From: Octopus vulgaris
Lineage: Eukaryota
Assembly (NCBI GenBank): GCA_951406725.2
Contig: OX597814.1
Location: 60,264,001-60,328,000, forward strand
Length of the DNA stretch: 64,000 nucleotides
Direction: 5' to 3'
Numbering within the stretch: the first letter of the stretch is position 1; every line of letters starts with the position of its first letter. Position numbers and translations under genes: made by a program. Below the pieces are notes generated by a model, which was not told the origin of the DNA, did no database searches, and saw only the letters and a program-made list of their open reading frames with translations. Shown in pieces: positions 13,293 through 27,200 of the stretch.

Positions 13293-15407
13293 TCACAAAG
13301 GCTGAACAAGCACCTGGACGAAAACAAACTGTTCCCAGAAGAGCAGAAAGGATGCCGCAAAGGCTCATATGGCTGTAAAGATCAACTAATGATTAATAAA
13401 GCCATAACTGAAGACAGCCACAGAAAGAAGAAAGGCCTCAGTATGGCCTGGATTGACTACAAAAAGGCGTTTGATAGCATCCCCCACACATGGATCCTCG
13501 AAACAATAGCCATTAACAAAGTAGCACCAACAATCATAAAATTCATAGAGCACTCTATGAATAAATGGCAAACAGTCCTACACCTCCAAACAAAAGAGGG
13601 ACTCATGAAAAGCAAAGACATCCCCATTAGGAGAGGAATATTCCAGGGAGACACGCTCTCTCCACTCCTTTTCTGCTTGGCACTGTCACCTCTATCTGAT
13701 ATGCTAAATAGAACTGGATGCGGATATAAATGTTACGGCAAAATGATCAGCCACCTTTTATATATGGATGACCTAAAACTATACGCTGCAAATGACAAAC
13801 AGCTGGAAACACTATTAAAGACAGTTCATGGATTTACCAAAGAAATAGATATGAAATTTGGATTAGAAAAATGCGCCAAAGTAACCCTGAAAAGAGGAAA
13901 ACTAGTTAAGAGTACCAACATCACACTAGATAAAACCAATGAAATAAAAGAATTAGACCAAAGCCAAACTTACAAATACTTAGGAATCCATGAACTAGAT
14001 AAGGCACAACACACACAAATGAAAGAGAAAATAAAAAAAGAATATTATAGACGAGTTAGATCAATACTAAAAACAGAGCTCAATGCTAAAAACAAGATAA
14101 TAAGTATCAACACTTTAGCTGTCCCAGTTATAAGTTACAGCTACAATATCCTTAACTGGACACGAAATGAACTGACCAAAATAGATAGGAAAACAAGAAA
14201 AATAATGACAGGATCTAGGATGCATCACCCACAATCTGACATAGAAAGACTATATATACAACGTATAGAAGGTGGTAGAGGCCTTATACAGCTGGAAAAC
14301 TACTATAAAATAACCACCATAGGACTGCAAAAATATCTACTTCAGAAGGAAGGAAAACTGATCCAGATAGCGGCAAAACACGAGCAAAACAAAAAAACTG
14401 TTCTCAGTATTTAAGGAAGCTGACAAATACAAACAAGAAATCATACCACCAAATAAACATGAAGAAGAAGAAGATGATGAAGAAACAACAAAAGCTATAA
14501 AACAAATGAAATCCAAACTAAAAATAGAACCATGATAAAACGATGGCAAGAAAAGCCCCTTCATGGTAAATACTGGACTAAACTAAACGCAAAAGAAATA
14601 GACAAAGAAAAATCCCAGCAATGGTTGAGAAGCTCAGGACTCAAAGCAGAAACAGAGGGATTTTTAATTGCAGCACAAGACCAAAGCCTCCCCACCAGAA
14701 ATTACCAAAAACATGTAATGAAAAGAAATATTACAAGTAACTGCAGAATATGTGGAGATGGACAAGAAACAATAAATCATATTATCTCTAGCTGCCCAGT
14801 CCTGGCTAAGAAGGAATATATTCACAGACATGACAGAGTTGGAACCTACATACATTGGAAGCTATGCCAACATTATGGAATAACAACAGAAAAAAGATGG
14901 TATAGGCACACACCTGAAAAGGTCACAGAAAACGAGAAAGCAACCATACTCTGGGATATGCCGATACACACAGATAGAGAAATTAAGGCCAACAGACCAG
15001 ATATAGTTGTCAGAGATCATGAAGAAAAAAATGCTTTCTAATTGATGTATCAATACCGGCAGATGACAACGTTTCTCTAAAAGAAATGGAGAAACTCTCA
15101 AAATACAAAGACCTGGAAATAGAGGTAACTAGAATGTGGAATCTGAAAACAGAAACAATTCCTATCATAGTAGGTGCATTAGGCATGATAAAAAAATATT
15201 CAGACAAATACATAACAAAAACACCAGGACTTACAAACACATATAACATACAGAAAATTGCACTACTAGGCACTGCACACATCCTACGCAGAACACTTTC
15301 CATACAATAACCATCAGAGCATCACAACAAATCACAGCACATACCCAAGGCACACAGAGCTGCGCTCGGTAGTGAAGTGAAAGCACGCTATAAAAATAAA
15401 ACTACTG
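13290..15407 (+). mobile_element. R4/Dong-type non-LTR retrotransposon, 5'-truncated, within (TAA)n
   Basis: RT motifs EEQKGC, WIDYKKAFDS, GIFQGDTLSP, YMDDLKLY, YKYLG; CCHC CRIC..H....C; RHD; RLE NRPD..K..KY; stop at 15310; 3' UTR; (TAA)n at 13184-13290 and 15408-15445; frameshifts near 14395, 14530, 15030. Confidence 0.93.
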
Positions 15408-15411
15408 AATA

Positions 15412-15446
<35 letters not shown>

Positions 15447-15689
15447 GTTGATGATAATGATAATAGACAAGACGAAGAGAGCGGTTTTTATAATGGCGCA
15501 TAAAAGTATTTGAAAGTTTCCAATAATCCCAAATGTCTGTGCTAATACGTCTAATCCTTGAAAACTGACAAAAATAAATCAACACAAGGAATATATAAAT
15601 TTGTCCGCCGTCACAAGCTCCAAGAATATTTTTTGAAAGAATTGGTAACCGGATGTTAGAAAACACCATGTTTATTGAAAAAAATGATA

Positions 15690-16002
15690 ATGATGATCGA
15701 ATCTGGCATAACTGGATTTAACAGAATCAAAATTTTTATCTGGAATAAGTTTGGGAGAGACAAACACAAACACTGTTGGAATTTCTCGAATCTTGTCAGA
15801 CGGAAATTACGGAAAGCCTTAAAGCCTGTCAGAAAAAGAAGTGGAATACCCTTACGGATTCCCAGCGTCGCGCACCCCATCGCCTAGCAACAGTAGCGGA
15901 TAAAGGAAGCGTTATTGTAATTATAGACAAGGACGGGTACATTTCAGCTTGTGAAGAAGTCTTAAGTGACAAAACTTCTTATGAAAAACTACCTGGAGAT
16001 CA
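15690..16002 (+). pseudogene. PLE RT N-terminal fragment
   Basis: ORF 15776-16021: ADKGSVIVIIDKDGY..VLSDKTSYEKLPGD is the PLE DKG motif region. Confidence 0.8.
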
Positions 16003-16358
16003 TGTGGTACTCATTTGTTGAGCGTTTTTGATTTTCCGATCGCATGCAAATGGTTGCAGTCAGTTTTCTGGCTAACTTTAAGTTCTTTTGCCAGCTCTCG
16101 AGCCATTTTACGTGGACCTTTCTTAATGACGGTCTTTAATTGATCGTCTTTGATGAAAGATGGGCGTTCTCTACGTTCACGATCTTCAAGGCTCAGGTCT
16201 CCACTGCGAAATCGTTTCAGCCATTTTCAAGCTGACCACTCAGTGATCATTTCCTCACCAAACGCTTCGTTGATATTGCGAGCAGTTTCAGCTGCTTTTC
16301 GTCCTTTTATGAAGTTGAATAGCAAAATTGCTCGAGTATTGCATTTTTACAGTTCCAT
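16003..16358 (-). pseudogene. Mariner transposase N-terminal fragment
   Basis: RAILLFNFIKGRKAAETARNINEAFG..WLKRFRSGDLSLEDRER.ERPS..RELAKEL..HLHAIGK, with stops. Confidence 0.88.
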
Positions 16359-16958
16359 TTCAGATGATTGTAACAATTTCTTCATTTACCCACAAAGGGC
16401 TAAACACAGATGGACAAATACAAACATATAAGTGGGGACGAATAAAGACAAACGAAAGAGAACAATGAAAAAATGAATAATGAAATGGAATGAAGCCACT
16501 CGACCCCACATCCGAGTGACTTCATTTACACTTTTTTTTTTACTTTTTATTTACAAATTTATAATTTAGTTTAACTTCGGCGGCAACTTACTGACGTTTG
16601 CTGTCACGCTTGTGTCCAATGTTTCTGTCCCACAGTTTCCATTAAACCAAAATACTTTTCTGCTGGGTTGGGGTTGGGGAATTTGGGGCACTTGTCTGTG
16701 TTATTGTCTGTCTCAGAAGGGAGAGAGGGAGAGTTCGTGACAGCATGGGATCGGGTGGGAGTGGGGTAGAAGTAGGGTGGGGATTCACATTTTTTTCCTC
16801 AGACCTTTTTTTTTGTCTTCCTTCTTAAAGCTTGTGTCCATTCCTGCTCTTCTTCCTTTCCAGGCTCCACCTTGCTTGTAGACGACTTCGCCAGAGGCGG
16901 AGGTGAGACTTCTTCTTTTGCACTAGATGATCTCCACCATGCTTTCTAGATATATAGT

Positions 16959-16959
<1 letters not shown>

Positions 16960-17025
<66 letters not shown>
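16960..17025. repeat. (GATA)n microsatellite
   Basis: Direct read; others at 17757-17866 and 26972-27200. Confidence 0.95.
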
Positions 17026-17026
<1 letters not shown>

Positions 17027-17090
17027 CACATATATATGCATATATATATATACATACACACACAGACATGTAAATGTATGTGTGTGTATG

Positions 17091-17141
<51 letters not shown>

Positions 17142-17195
17142 AATATATACATTCACCCACTAGAAATAACACAAAAGCTTTAACAGACATGTAAA

Positions 17196-17398
17196 TGTAA
17201 TTTCTTAGACGATGCACCGTTTCATCTACCGTTTAATGTAAACAACCTGATTAAATTAAATCAAGCCAATCCACCATAGGCCCTTAGACTCATCAGTAAG
17301 AAATAGCCAAATCGGAACTGGATTGGCTTGATTTAATTTAATCAGGTTAGTTTACCATTAAACGGTAGATGAAACGGTGCATCGTCTAAGAAATTACA
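17196..17398. mobile_element. Fold-back element (~78 bp inverted arms) between (TA)n tracts, probably PLE-derived
   Basis: Arms 17196-17273 and 17319-17398 are near-perfect reverse complements; contains an HHR. Confidence 0.7.
17200..17304 (-). ncRNA. Type-I hammerhead ribozyme with extended stem II
   Basis: ATTTCTTA-CTGATGA-GTCTA-[long insert with hairpin]-TAGAT-GAAA-CGGTGCATCG-TC-TAAGAAAT; 8-bp stem I, canonical core, GUC triplet. Confidence 0.8.
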
Positions 17399-17524
17399 GG
17401 GTAAAAGTTTTTCAATTTTCTCCTGGTTTACGGTATTAATGTTATTTTGCGGTTAAAGCTTTTCCTACTAGGCCGCTGGTGGCAAAAGAATTCTACAAAA
17501 TTTTTTTTGCCACCCTATATTGAT

Positions 17525-17570
<46 letters not shown>

Positions 17571-17775
17571 TGTATATACATACATATACCTTATTTTTTC
17601 TTGTTTCAGTCATTTTGACTGCAGCCATGCTGGAGCAGCGCCTTATATATGTGTGTGTGTCTGTCTATCTTCTGTCTCTATGTGTGTGTGTGTGTGTGTG
17701 TGTGTACATATACGTGTATATATATATATACATGTTCTTATATATAATTATAGAGAGACAGACAGACAGACAGAC

Positions 17776-17867
<92 letters not shown>

Positions 17868-18665
17868 TTTAAAATTCAGTTCCGGAAAGCGAACATGTGA
17901 TCTTAGTATTACATTTACTGCCTCACTCTTACTTACAATTTTAAAAACGTAAATTGAAGTGTTTGTACATTCAAACATTTGTAAACTACACATTCGATCC
18001 TGAGAAACAGCTTTTGAATTGTTCATGTTTGTTTTGTTTTGCTTTGGGGTGTTACATTTTCTGACTGTTGTTTTTCTTTTTGTTTTGTTTTATTCTTTTA
18101 TTAGAAATAAATTGACATCTGTAAGGAGAACTCTCCATATGCAACCAGCTGCACTTATCTCTTACGACGTGATAATATCAATAGGTATGAAATGTATTGA
18201 CTATGTTCCTTTAGGTTACAAACTTTCACTTCTCTTTGCATTCAGAAACAGCTGCTAGCATTTTTGTCATGAATTTTGTAAACCCTACTTTCATTCATTG
18301 ATATTCTTTCTCTTTCTCCTTCGTTCCTTTTCTCTTCTCTCTCTCCCTCTCTCTCCCTCTGTCTCTCTCTTTCTCTTTCTCTCTCGCGTAAAGATACTGA
18401 AAATGTTCTCTAGGTAGTATGGCGCCATCGTAAAAACTTAGTGTTGCTCTGACTTTCTTACTTTGCTCGTCAACATTACATAATCATCATCATTATCATC
18501 ATCGTCGTCGTTGTTGTCTTTGTCACTGTCATCGTCACCATCATCAGCATCTGTCATCAGATGAAGCATCCGACGGCATTCAGTATCTTCATGACCATGA
18601 TCTTAGTGATCACGATCATGTTTATGAACGTTATCATCATCAGGGAATATTTGAATTTGTGTGTG

Positions 18666-18726
<61 letters not shown>

Positions 18727-18730
<4 letters not shown>

Positions 18731-19327
18731 GCAGCTAAGCCCGGTTTCACTCGGTTTGTTTGGATGATGTGACTGTGATCGTTTTCGGTTAGGCATAATT
18801 TAATTTATGGAAAAGATTATGTTAAATTTTTGAAAAACAAATATGTGAATGAAAATTAAGTTCAGGCCTCTACATGTTAGCTAGACCTGGTAGAAATAGC
18901 AGCCAAATCTCTCTCAAAACACCCTAGTGTCTTAATCCGACAATTCTGCATATTATGTAGTTTAAATGAGAAACTGTAAGTAAAAATTATTAATCCCACA
19001 AAGAGGTGAAAGACGAGAGAGAGCATAGCGAAAGTTTTGGCTGACTGTCATCCTGTACTCCCTTTGTTGCTAGCGAAATGGTATATGCCGGCTGTGTAAG
19101 CAACTGGTTGTTTTAACGGCGGAACAAAGAGGGGAATTCCATTAGAAAAGTTTTAATCGCTTTTCTTAGTTACTATGGGGGCTAGGAAAAGTACAAACCG
19201 CAACACAATCTACGCACCCGTTTCCACAAGTGTGCCATTTTCACGCGAATCCATCCAACCGTTTGGCTGTGAACCTCAAGACAAGAAATAATACAACGAT
19301 CGCCCATTTCCAGTTTATATAATAGAT
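18727..19327 (+). mobile_element. Non-autonomous Helitron-like (Lep1/HINE-like) element
   Basis: Starts ACTAG..CCCGG after (TA)n; ends TTTCACGCGAATCC..CCGTTTGGCTGTGA..TTTATATAATAGAT, a terminal layout resembling Lep1-type Helitrons. Confidence 0.55.
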
Positions 19328-20574
19328 ATATATTCCGACACTAATTTATATGCATGAGCATGTGTTTAAGCGTCCGTTACTTTTAATAAGCTATTACATC
19401 ATTCATCAACCCTTCTTTAAAAATGGGAAGGCGGGTTTCTGAGAAGCAGTATATTTCCAGTAAAAAATGACAAGCGAATGAAAGTTTGATACAAAGAAGC
19501 GGATGTAAAGAAAATAAGAGAAAATGGGAGGAGGTGGGAGAATTGTTAAGAGGGGAAGGTAGATACTGACGGTGAATGAAACGATAGGAAGAGATTTCTT
19601 GTTAGGCGTTCAGAAAAATTATAAAACATCAACAGTTTTATATTCGTGCTAGCTTTTTCCAACTAACTATAACTAATTGGACAGTGTAGCGTGATTGAAG
19701 TTATACTCAGTTGTTGTTGTTTGTTGTTTAACCCTGGCTCGGCCGTATTTCAAGCCGCAGACATCTTTTCCTTCTGTATGTTTTGTTCAAACATATAGTA
19801 TCAAAAATTACATTCCCATAGTGTTTAATCTGACAATTTTGGTTTGTAATTTCAATGTTACAAGTGGTAGGACTACGCCATATTAATGCATGATTAAAAT
19901 TTAAACCAGAAAATCTCACAAGTATCAAAATTTGCTAAGAGATAGAGTATCTAGAATTACATTATATAATGAATCACTTTGGCTCGTATTTAGCAAAATA
20001 AGCAATAGAACAGTGCCAGATTTGGATAAGTTGAGGCCTCAAGTTATATAATACTTGGTAGCTTTTTGTTAAATATCTACACCAGAAGATTTCACGAACA
20101 GTCGAAATGTGTTCAGATATGGAGTATCTAGGATTACACTCTTCAATGTCAATGTGTTATTTTGTGGCATAAACTGTAAGATCGACTCGGGTATAGAATA
20201 GAGGCGGTCTTACGCTTATAGGTCTAGTGTTAGATAAATACACCGGAAGTTCTCTCAGAAATCCAAAGCATATATGCCCTTCTTACTATTGATATTCTAA
20301 GCTATAGTTAGCTTCACTTATGCTGAAATCCGAATCTGCAATAGCAATATAACTATTATAATTGGTTTTATTATTTGATGCAAAAAGGCTTGAGAACTGG
20401 CACAATTGTAAATACTCGGGTCAAAATACTTAGCACCATTTCTTCCAGCTTTACATTTTGAGTTCAAATTCCACAGAATTTATAGCTACAGTTGTCAATA
20501 AATATGCCTTTTTCAAAACATAATATAGGATTTTTTTAGTAAATACATTCTACTTAATTACTTGTCTACCATCA

Positions 20575-20800
20575 TACTTTATTACATGTTAAGGCAAACG
20601 CACTGCCTTGCCAGAAATTTGGTTAAGCCGAATATTCTTTGTTTGAGAAACATGGCTTGATCACCCTTTTTTAAATCTCAACTGCAAACCTCTTTCTTGT
20701 ATTCTGGGGAACCTTACCAGTAAGTTCTGCCTGACAATTGGATTCATTTGGTTGTTTGTCCTCTTGCTACCATCCGTTCAGACTTATTTGAATACGTATA
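20575..20800 (-). pseudogene. Possible decayed LINE (RTE-like) C-terminal fragment
   Basis: Weak remnant AELTGKVPQNTRKRF resembling G.R.RGRPRKRW. Confidence 0.3.
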
Positions 20801-22944
20801 TAAACGTCCCATATCATAGCAACAAGTTCCTGAAGTATCTCATTTGAAAGCAGTAAAAATTTAAAGTAACAAACATTATCCTGTGAATATAAAAAGATCA
20901 GAGAGACCGTCAGAGAGTCCCATCATTTATTTTATGTTCAATATTGAATAATTATTTTCTTAGCTGTAGACGTCATTGAAAATGCAAACATTTATGTACA
21001 GTGAGGAATTTAAGTCATTTCCATAACATCTCAAAACGATAGGAGTGTAATGCAGCCCACAACTGTCTTGACAAGGAAATATAGAAAATGTGTAAAACAT
21101 GGAAAAAATACTATAGTAAACGATGACATGCATGTTTATTCTTAATACGTTTCCATAAATTCGAACGCAAATACACTAACTGTTGTTGTGTACGACACGG
21201 GAGAACAGCTACTTAATACAAAAATGTTCTTCATAAAACACACCACCCATTGGTGCACGGGATTTTGGGACACCGGTATTTCAACATGTATCTTGCCAGC
21301 CAGAGATACGCAGAATCTTGCGTCTAATGGCTTTGCCCATGGCTTTGCTTAAAATTTTAGAGAACAGCTATTTCGCTGATTAGTGCTGGCATCTGTCAAA
21401 ACTCTCTGTGTAAATTTATTTTTAATGCTATTGACAATCACTTTATTGTTTTAAAACTCCTAGGCAGTTGCAAATCGTTAAATAAATGTGTTGCGATATG
21501 ATAAAATAATCTATGTTGAATTTATATTTAATTATCTGGCAAGAGCGTGTTTTATTAACTTATTGGATGCAATTAGTGTTTGTGTTGTTGTTATTGTCGT
21601 TATTTCCATTTGTTTTGATGCTGAATTATTTGATGATGGATGATATATTTCCTCTTTCATAATATAAAATTATTCTGATTTGTTGTAAATAATTGTGTTG
21701 GACTATTGGTCAAAATAGTTCCTTAGTTACTTAAATTTATTATTACTCGAATAAAATTCTCTTTATTAGTTTAAAAATACTCCAGTTAAATCATTTGTAA
21801 TATTCATATCATTTTCTAATGGAATAATTTCTATTATTTTACCACACTGGTGTTTTGATGAAGACACTCGTGCTGCAAAACTCGCAACGAAATTTCCCCT
21901 ATAATTACTCAATACTAACTTAAACAGCAAAAAATAAACACAATTTCTAAAAATATCCTGAATGACATGATAAATCTTAAATAATAAAAGCACAATAGCA
22001 ATTCAACAACGAGAACGATTAAAAACATGAACAACAATATCAACAACACAAACTATCATTTTTAATTACACCCAAAAATAACGCCTGGCAAACAATGACA
22101 CGAACAACACAACACAAATGAATAACAACAGAAAAACAATTCATCATAATCAGTCTTAATTGCAACCTGTAAAATAAAATGAGAGCCTCTTTGAATATCG
22201 TACAGAAAACAGTATTTTTTACATTTGTTACTAAAAATTTGGACAATGTAAAGGATCTCTTAATACTAATTACTAGCCAGCAGAATTTTAATTATGCTAT
22301 TAATGGACCTATGCTGTATATTAGTGTCTAACATCATATGTAAATGTGAACCAGCTTGGTTCTCAACAATAGTTAGAATCACGCAAGGACGTGTTGTTAA
22401 AACATTCACAACGGAATCACGTGATTAAGTTATAAAAATGATATGGTGAGACCCATACTGAACGTTATTGGTGTAATTATGGTTTCTACATTTTAAAATA
22501 CTTTTCGTCCTATGCGTTTTTTACGGTAGTCTTCCTTATTGACATATTAAGGAGAGATTCGCAATTGTAAGTTACCATGTCCATGCCAAATGAAAGAAGC
22601 AAAGAACAGAGGGGAAAGAAAGTAAAGGGTACATCAGACACTACGTTTTTGGGTGTTGATTGGGCAGGGCTGAAGCTACATTTCTGTAAAAAATATATTA
22701 AAAGCGGATTTTTTAAGATTCTACAATTTATTTTAAACTGAAAAAAAGTTAACTAGAACAAGATTTATCAATACACTCACATACACACATATATATATAT
22801 GTATACATATATATACATATACATACGCACATATATGTAAATAATACATACACACACACACATATAAATATATATATATATGTGTGTACACACACATACA
22901 TTTCATATATAAATATTGTCATACACACATACATATAAATAGAT

Positions 22945-22980
<36 letters not shown>

Positions 22981-23029
22981 ATATATATATATATATATAA
23001 GAAGAAGAAGAAAATGGATATAATAACAA

Positions 23030-23399
23030 TGGGAAACTCATGGTTTACGCTGGCATGTCTTTAATTAAATAGGTAACAAAGGTGCAACTAAGAACCAAAT
23101 AATTTTCTGATATAATACGCATCTATCCAGCTTCAGAAATTGGAATCAGGCAAACTCAGCAGGACTTAGTGCATACATATGAGAACTTAAGGATAAAAAA
23201 CATAGATTTTAGCTTAAACTGGCGTATACTCACAAAAACAACTTCCCACAACTCCGAAAGTAGACGCTACGATCTCTGCCTATCAGAACGCCTAGCTATA
23301 CTTAAGGCTATACAAAATCTTCTCAACAAGAAATTTGAGAACAACATTTTTTTGTCCCCACATGTGCCAGTATGTATTTTCGAAATACTGGTAGAATAG
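23030..23399 (+). pseudogene. PLE GIY-YIG endonuclease C-terminal fragment
   Basis: YNTHLSSFRN..GLSAYI..LNWRIL..RYDLCLSERLAILKA..LLNKKFE..CPH. Confidence 0.75.
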
Positions 23400-23427
23400 C
23401 CTCTATTGTCTTCGTGTAGTGCTATAC

Positions 23428-23459
<32 letters not shown>

Positions 23460-23522
23460 ACACACACACACACATACATACATACATACATACATACATA
23501 CATACATACATACATACATACA

Positions 23523-23558
<36 letters not shown>

Positions 23559-24029
23559 TATATATTGAGCATACTCAATTTGATTCATACGAAATAAGTT
23601 ACGAACATGAATGGGCTATTACCTTTGGCTATATATAAGGATCCCTTTCAGGAGCGAATGAGTTATTTCCCTTGGATGTTTAAAAACAATATAATAGTTA
23701 TATGTAGTAGATATAAGTAGATATAAGAAAGAATAAAAAGAGTCAAAGGAGCTAGTTGGATGTGATAGCAACTTCCTCTGTCATTGTCAAGGTGACGATC
23801 ACACGCCACGCACCTTTCTTCCAAGCACTACTGTAAACAGTAGTAGTGAGCTAGAACGTTTAAACTTAGTGCACATCCATGCATGTACAACAGTGTTCAA
23901 GATCAATCTGTGCCAAGCGACTTTAGTCTGCGTGCTTTAGCTTCATTGCTATACCAACAGTCCTGATATTTATTGATCAGGCCATGTATATATGCATGTG
24001 TGTGTAAGTGTTTTAATATATATATATAA

Positions 24030-24150
24030 TCAATTTTAAAAAACAGAGAAATGAAAGAAAAAACAAACGTGTGGACGTGGCACAAGCAATGTATTAATAA
24101 CACGCACAGAGGAGGAAAGGAGTAGTAGTTTTACGTTTCGAGCATAACTC
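24030..24150 (-). mobile_element. Truncated PLE terminal fragment with the 3' half of an HHR
   Basis: Minus strand GAGTTATGCTC-GAAA-CG-TA-AAAC; adjoins (TA)n; resembles 5337-5460. Confidence 0.45.
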
Positions 24151-25669
24151 GCATAGTATCAGGTTAAGACAAACAACAAACCAGATGTTGTTCAATTACT
24201 GAAACCAATAAAAAAATCAAAAGAAAAACAAATGGTTTTAATATATGAATGACACGTGATTCTTACATCATTGGTACTGGATTTTAATTCATGATTTAAG
24301 CAACAGATTGGAAAGGATGCCTTTACGACATTGAGAAATGGAAAAACACAATTCAAACTTTTCAAGGTTTTTTTTTTTTTTTTTTTCAATTTCCTTCAAG
24401 TATTTAGAAATTAATGAAATGTATTTTGCCGAAACAGCTTTATTGTTCTTTCTTGATTTCTTCTCTTGTATTTCATAGCATGTCCTATTTTCAGCGACTC
24501 AAAAAGAAAAAAAATATGTAAATAGTTGAAAAACCATTCCCAATTCCCTATGAATGCTGTGTTAGTCGCAGGAATCTGCATTCTGTATATATACAACTAA
24601 AAATGGATTATCCAGCGTAAAGCTATTGTTTCTTTCTTTTCATGTTGTTTCAAGTCATTTCAATTACTTCTACTCTAACTCTTCTACTGCATTTTCTATG
24701 CACAAATACGTACATAAATGTGTGTCTATGTGTATGAGTGTGTGTGTGTGTGTATGTGTGTGTGTGTGTGTGCGTGTGTGTTATCTATTATGTTCTTGTA
24801 CCAAATCATTTTCTCTCATCTTCATTTCCGTTATGAACATATAACAAATAAATTATATTATAAAGAACATATATTGAGCATGACGTATGTACGCACTTAC
24901 ATACAGACGCATACACATGCACATGCTCACGCACAGAGACACACAGACTCACGTACACAAACATACATACGTCTTAAAGGCCTGTATCTGACGAAAAATA
25001 ATATCTTCAAACTATATAGTAAGCAAGTTTATCATATTAATTAAGAGGACACCACTAAAGATATTGTTTTCACTTGTAATAGTGGATTACACTGCAGTGT
25101 TCATTGTTTCTCTCTCTACGTGCCTAAGACAGTATCTGAGGGTTCGGCAGCCTAGATTAACAAGACGCAGATAATTGTAGTGTATTGGCGTAGTAAGAAC
25201 CGCAACAAAAACATTATGCATACGCTGAGATGAGAGGGCGTCACGAAGTGGCTTCAATTCTTATTAGAAGTTTCTTCCCGTTCAGTACTAATATCCGTAA
25301 GAAAATAGCACGAACGTCACCTGCTATATTCCCTATTCTTCCAGGATATTGATTAGAAAAAAAACGCTACGGCGGTATTTGACTTAAGCGCGCAGAGAAC
25401 CCAGAACAAATACTGGATGTTTTTTTGTTACAAGATCTAATGAATCAGTCATTTCAATTTTGGACCAGTTGAGAACTTAAATGGTTAATCTCACTTTGAT
25501 ATAGAGTGATGAGGGGAGTTATTTTGTTATAGATGTCAGAATTATAGAAACGTAAGTCAGTTCTAGTGAGGGTTTTGATTAGAAATGGAAGTGACATAAT
25601 TAGGCATCGCAAAGTATATAGCCGGTACACTATCGCGTTTACCTTTCCACGGCAGTAAATAATATTGAT

Positions 25670-25870
25670 TTCAAATTTTGTCACAAGGCCAGCAATTTCG
25701 GAGTAGGGAATAAGTCGATTACATCTAGCCCAGTGTTCAGCTGCTACATATACTGACTTCGGAAGGATAAAAGGCTAAGTCGACCTTAGCAGAATTTGAG
25801 CTTCAAACGTAAAGACGGACGAAATGCCGCTAATCATTTTGCCGTACGTGTTATCGATTCTGCCAGCTCG
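25670..25870 (-). mobile_element. SINE family A copy
   Basis: Reverse complement of the family A body (GGATAAAAGGCTAAGTCGACC..GAATTTGA). Confidence 0.75.
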
Positions 25871-26154
25871 TCATTCTAATCCCGCGAGACGGAACAGCAA
25901 TAAATAATATTACTTTCTCACATAAGTACAAGGTCACAAATTTTAGATACGGCACTGTTTAAGTCGACCCCAATTTTGACTATTACTTATTAAGTTAACC
26001 AAATAAATATAAAATGCAGGGGTCGACACAAATTTTAGCTAAGAATGCAGATACGTAACGAGATACGGTAAAGCAGTTAGTTTCAGTGCTTTACTAAATC
26101 CAGTGAGGTGAATGTGATAGCGAAGTAATGAGGCAACGAAGAATTCCGCTACAC

Positions 26155-26382
26155 CAGTGGTTCTCAACCACTGCATATGAACCTTAGGGATCCATGTTAA
26201 AATTTTATTGTTAAAATTTATGAGCAATAGTTTTAACAGCAGAAACATTTTTTTACGCAATTCTTAATATTTAATTATAAAAATATAATAGGACTTTTAG
26301 ACATCGAATGGCTATGTGGGTCCAACTAAGTAAAAGGGGAATCAAAGAGTAACCATATGTAAAAAATGGTTGAGAACCACTG
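26155..26382. mobile_element. hAT-type MITE
   Basis: TIR CAGTGGTTCTCAACCA / TGGTTGAGAACCACTG; 8-bp flanks CGCTACAC / CGTTGCGC (5/8 match) fit an aged TSD. Confidence 0.8.
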
Positions 26383-26982
26383 CGTTGCGCAGTCTCTCGA
26401 CTTTCTAGAAACAAAAATCCAAATCTTTTGAAATTGATTCAAACGTTTTAAAGTGACTGAAATATGCTCATAAGGGTTAGGCTTCTCTCACAGAAATAAA
26501 AGCTGCACTGGAATAAAATAAAATTGTTGGTACCAGGTATTGAATCCTAGTAACAAAGTCGAATCACTAAGAGCTTTCTACACTTTTCTATAGAATTTTC
26601 AGGAAGTTGTATAACGCAGAGGTATGCAAATTATTGCATTGAAAACTGGATTTTGTATTGAACGTTAAAGATTACATTAGCAGTGTGTTAAACACTTAAT
26701 ATGATATGCTTTGCATAAATATAATAAACATTACACTAACAATGTTTCTCATTATTGGTTAATCGAAAATGTATTGAATCAACATCAGTAAAGCATTTCA
26801 TTAAAGACAAACAGAAAATATACTGAACGTTGTTTTATGAAACAGTTTCTGATATAATATAGATTAAAATAAACATTTTTGTATCTGCCATCTTATTGAA
26901 CATACTCAAAACCACGTATGCAAACATGCAGGCATACACACGCATATCTGTATGTACAACAAATATAGGAGGATAGATAGAG

Positions 26983-27079
<97 letters not shown>

Positions 27080-27156
27080 GATAGATGGATGGATAGATAA
27101 ATAGATAGATAGATAGATAGATGATAGATAGGTAGGTAGGTGTGTAGGTAGGTAGG

Positions 27157-27200
<44 letters not shown>

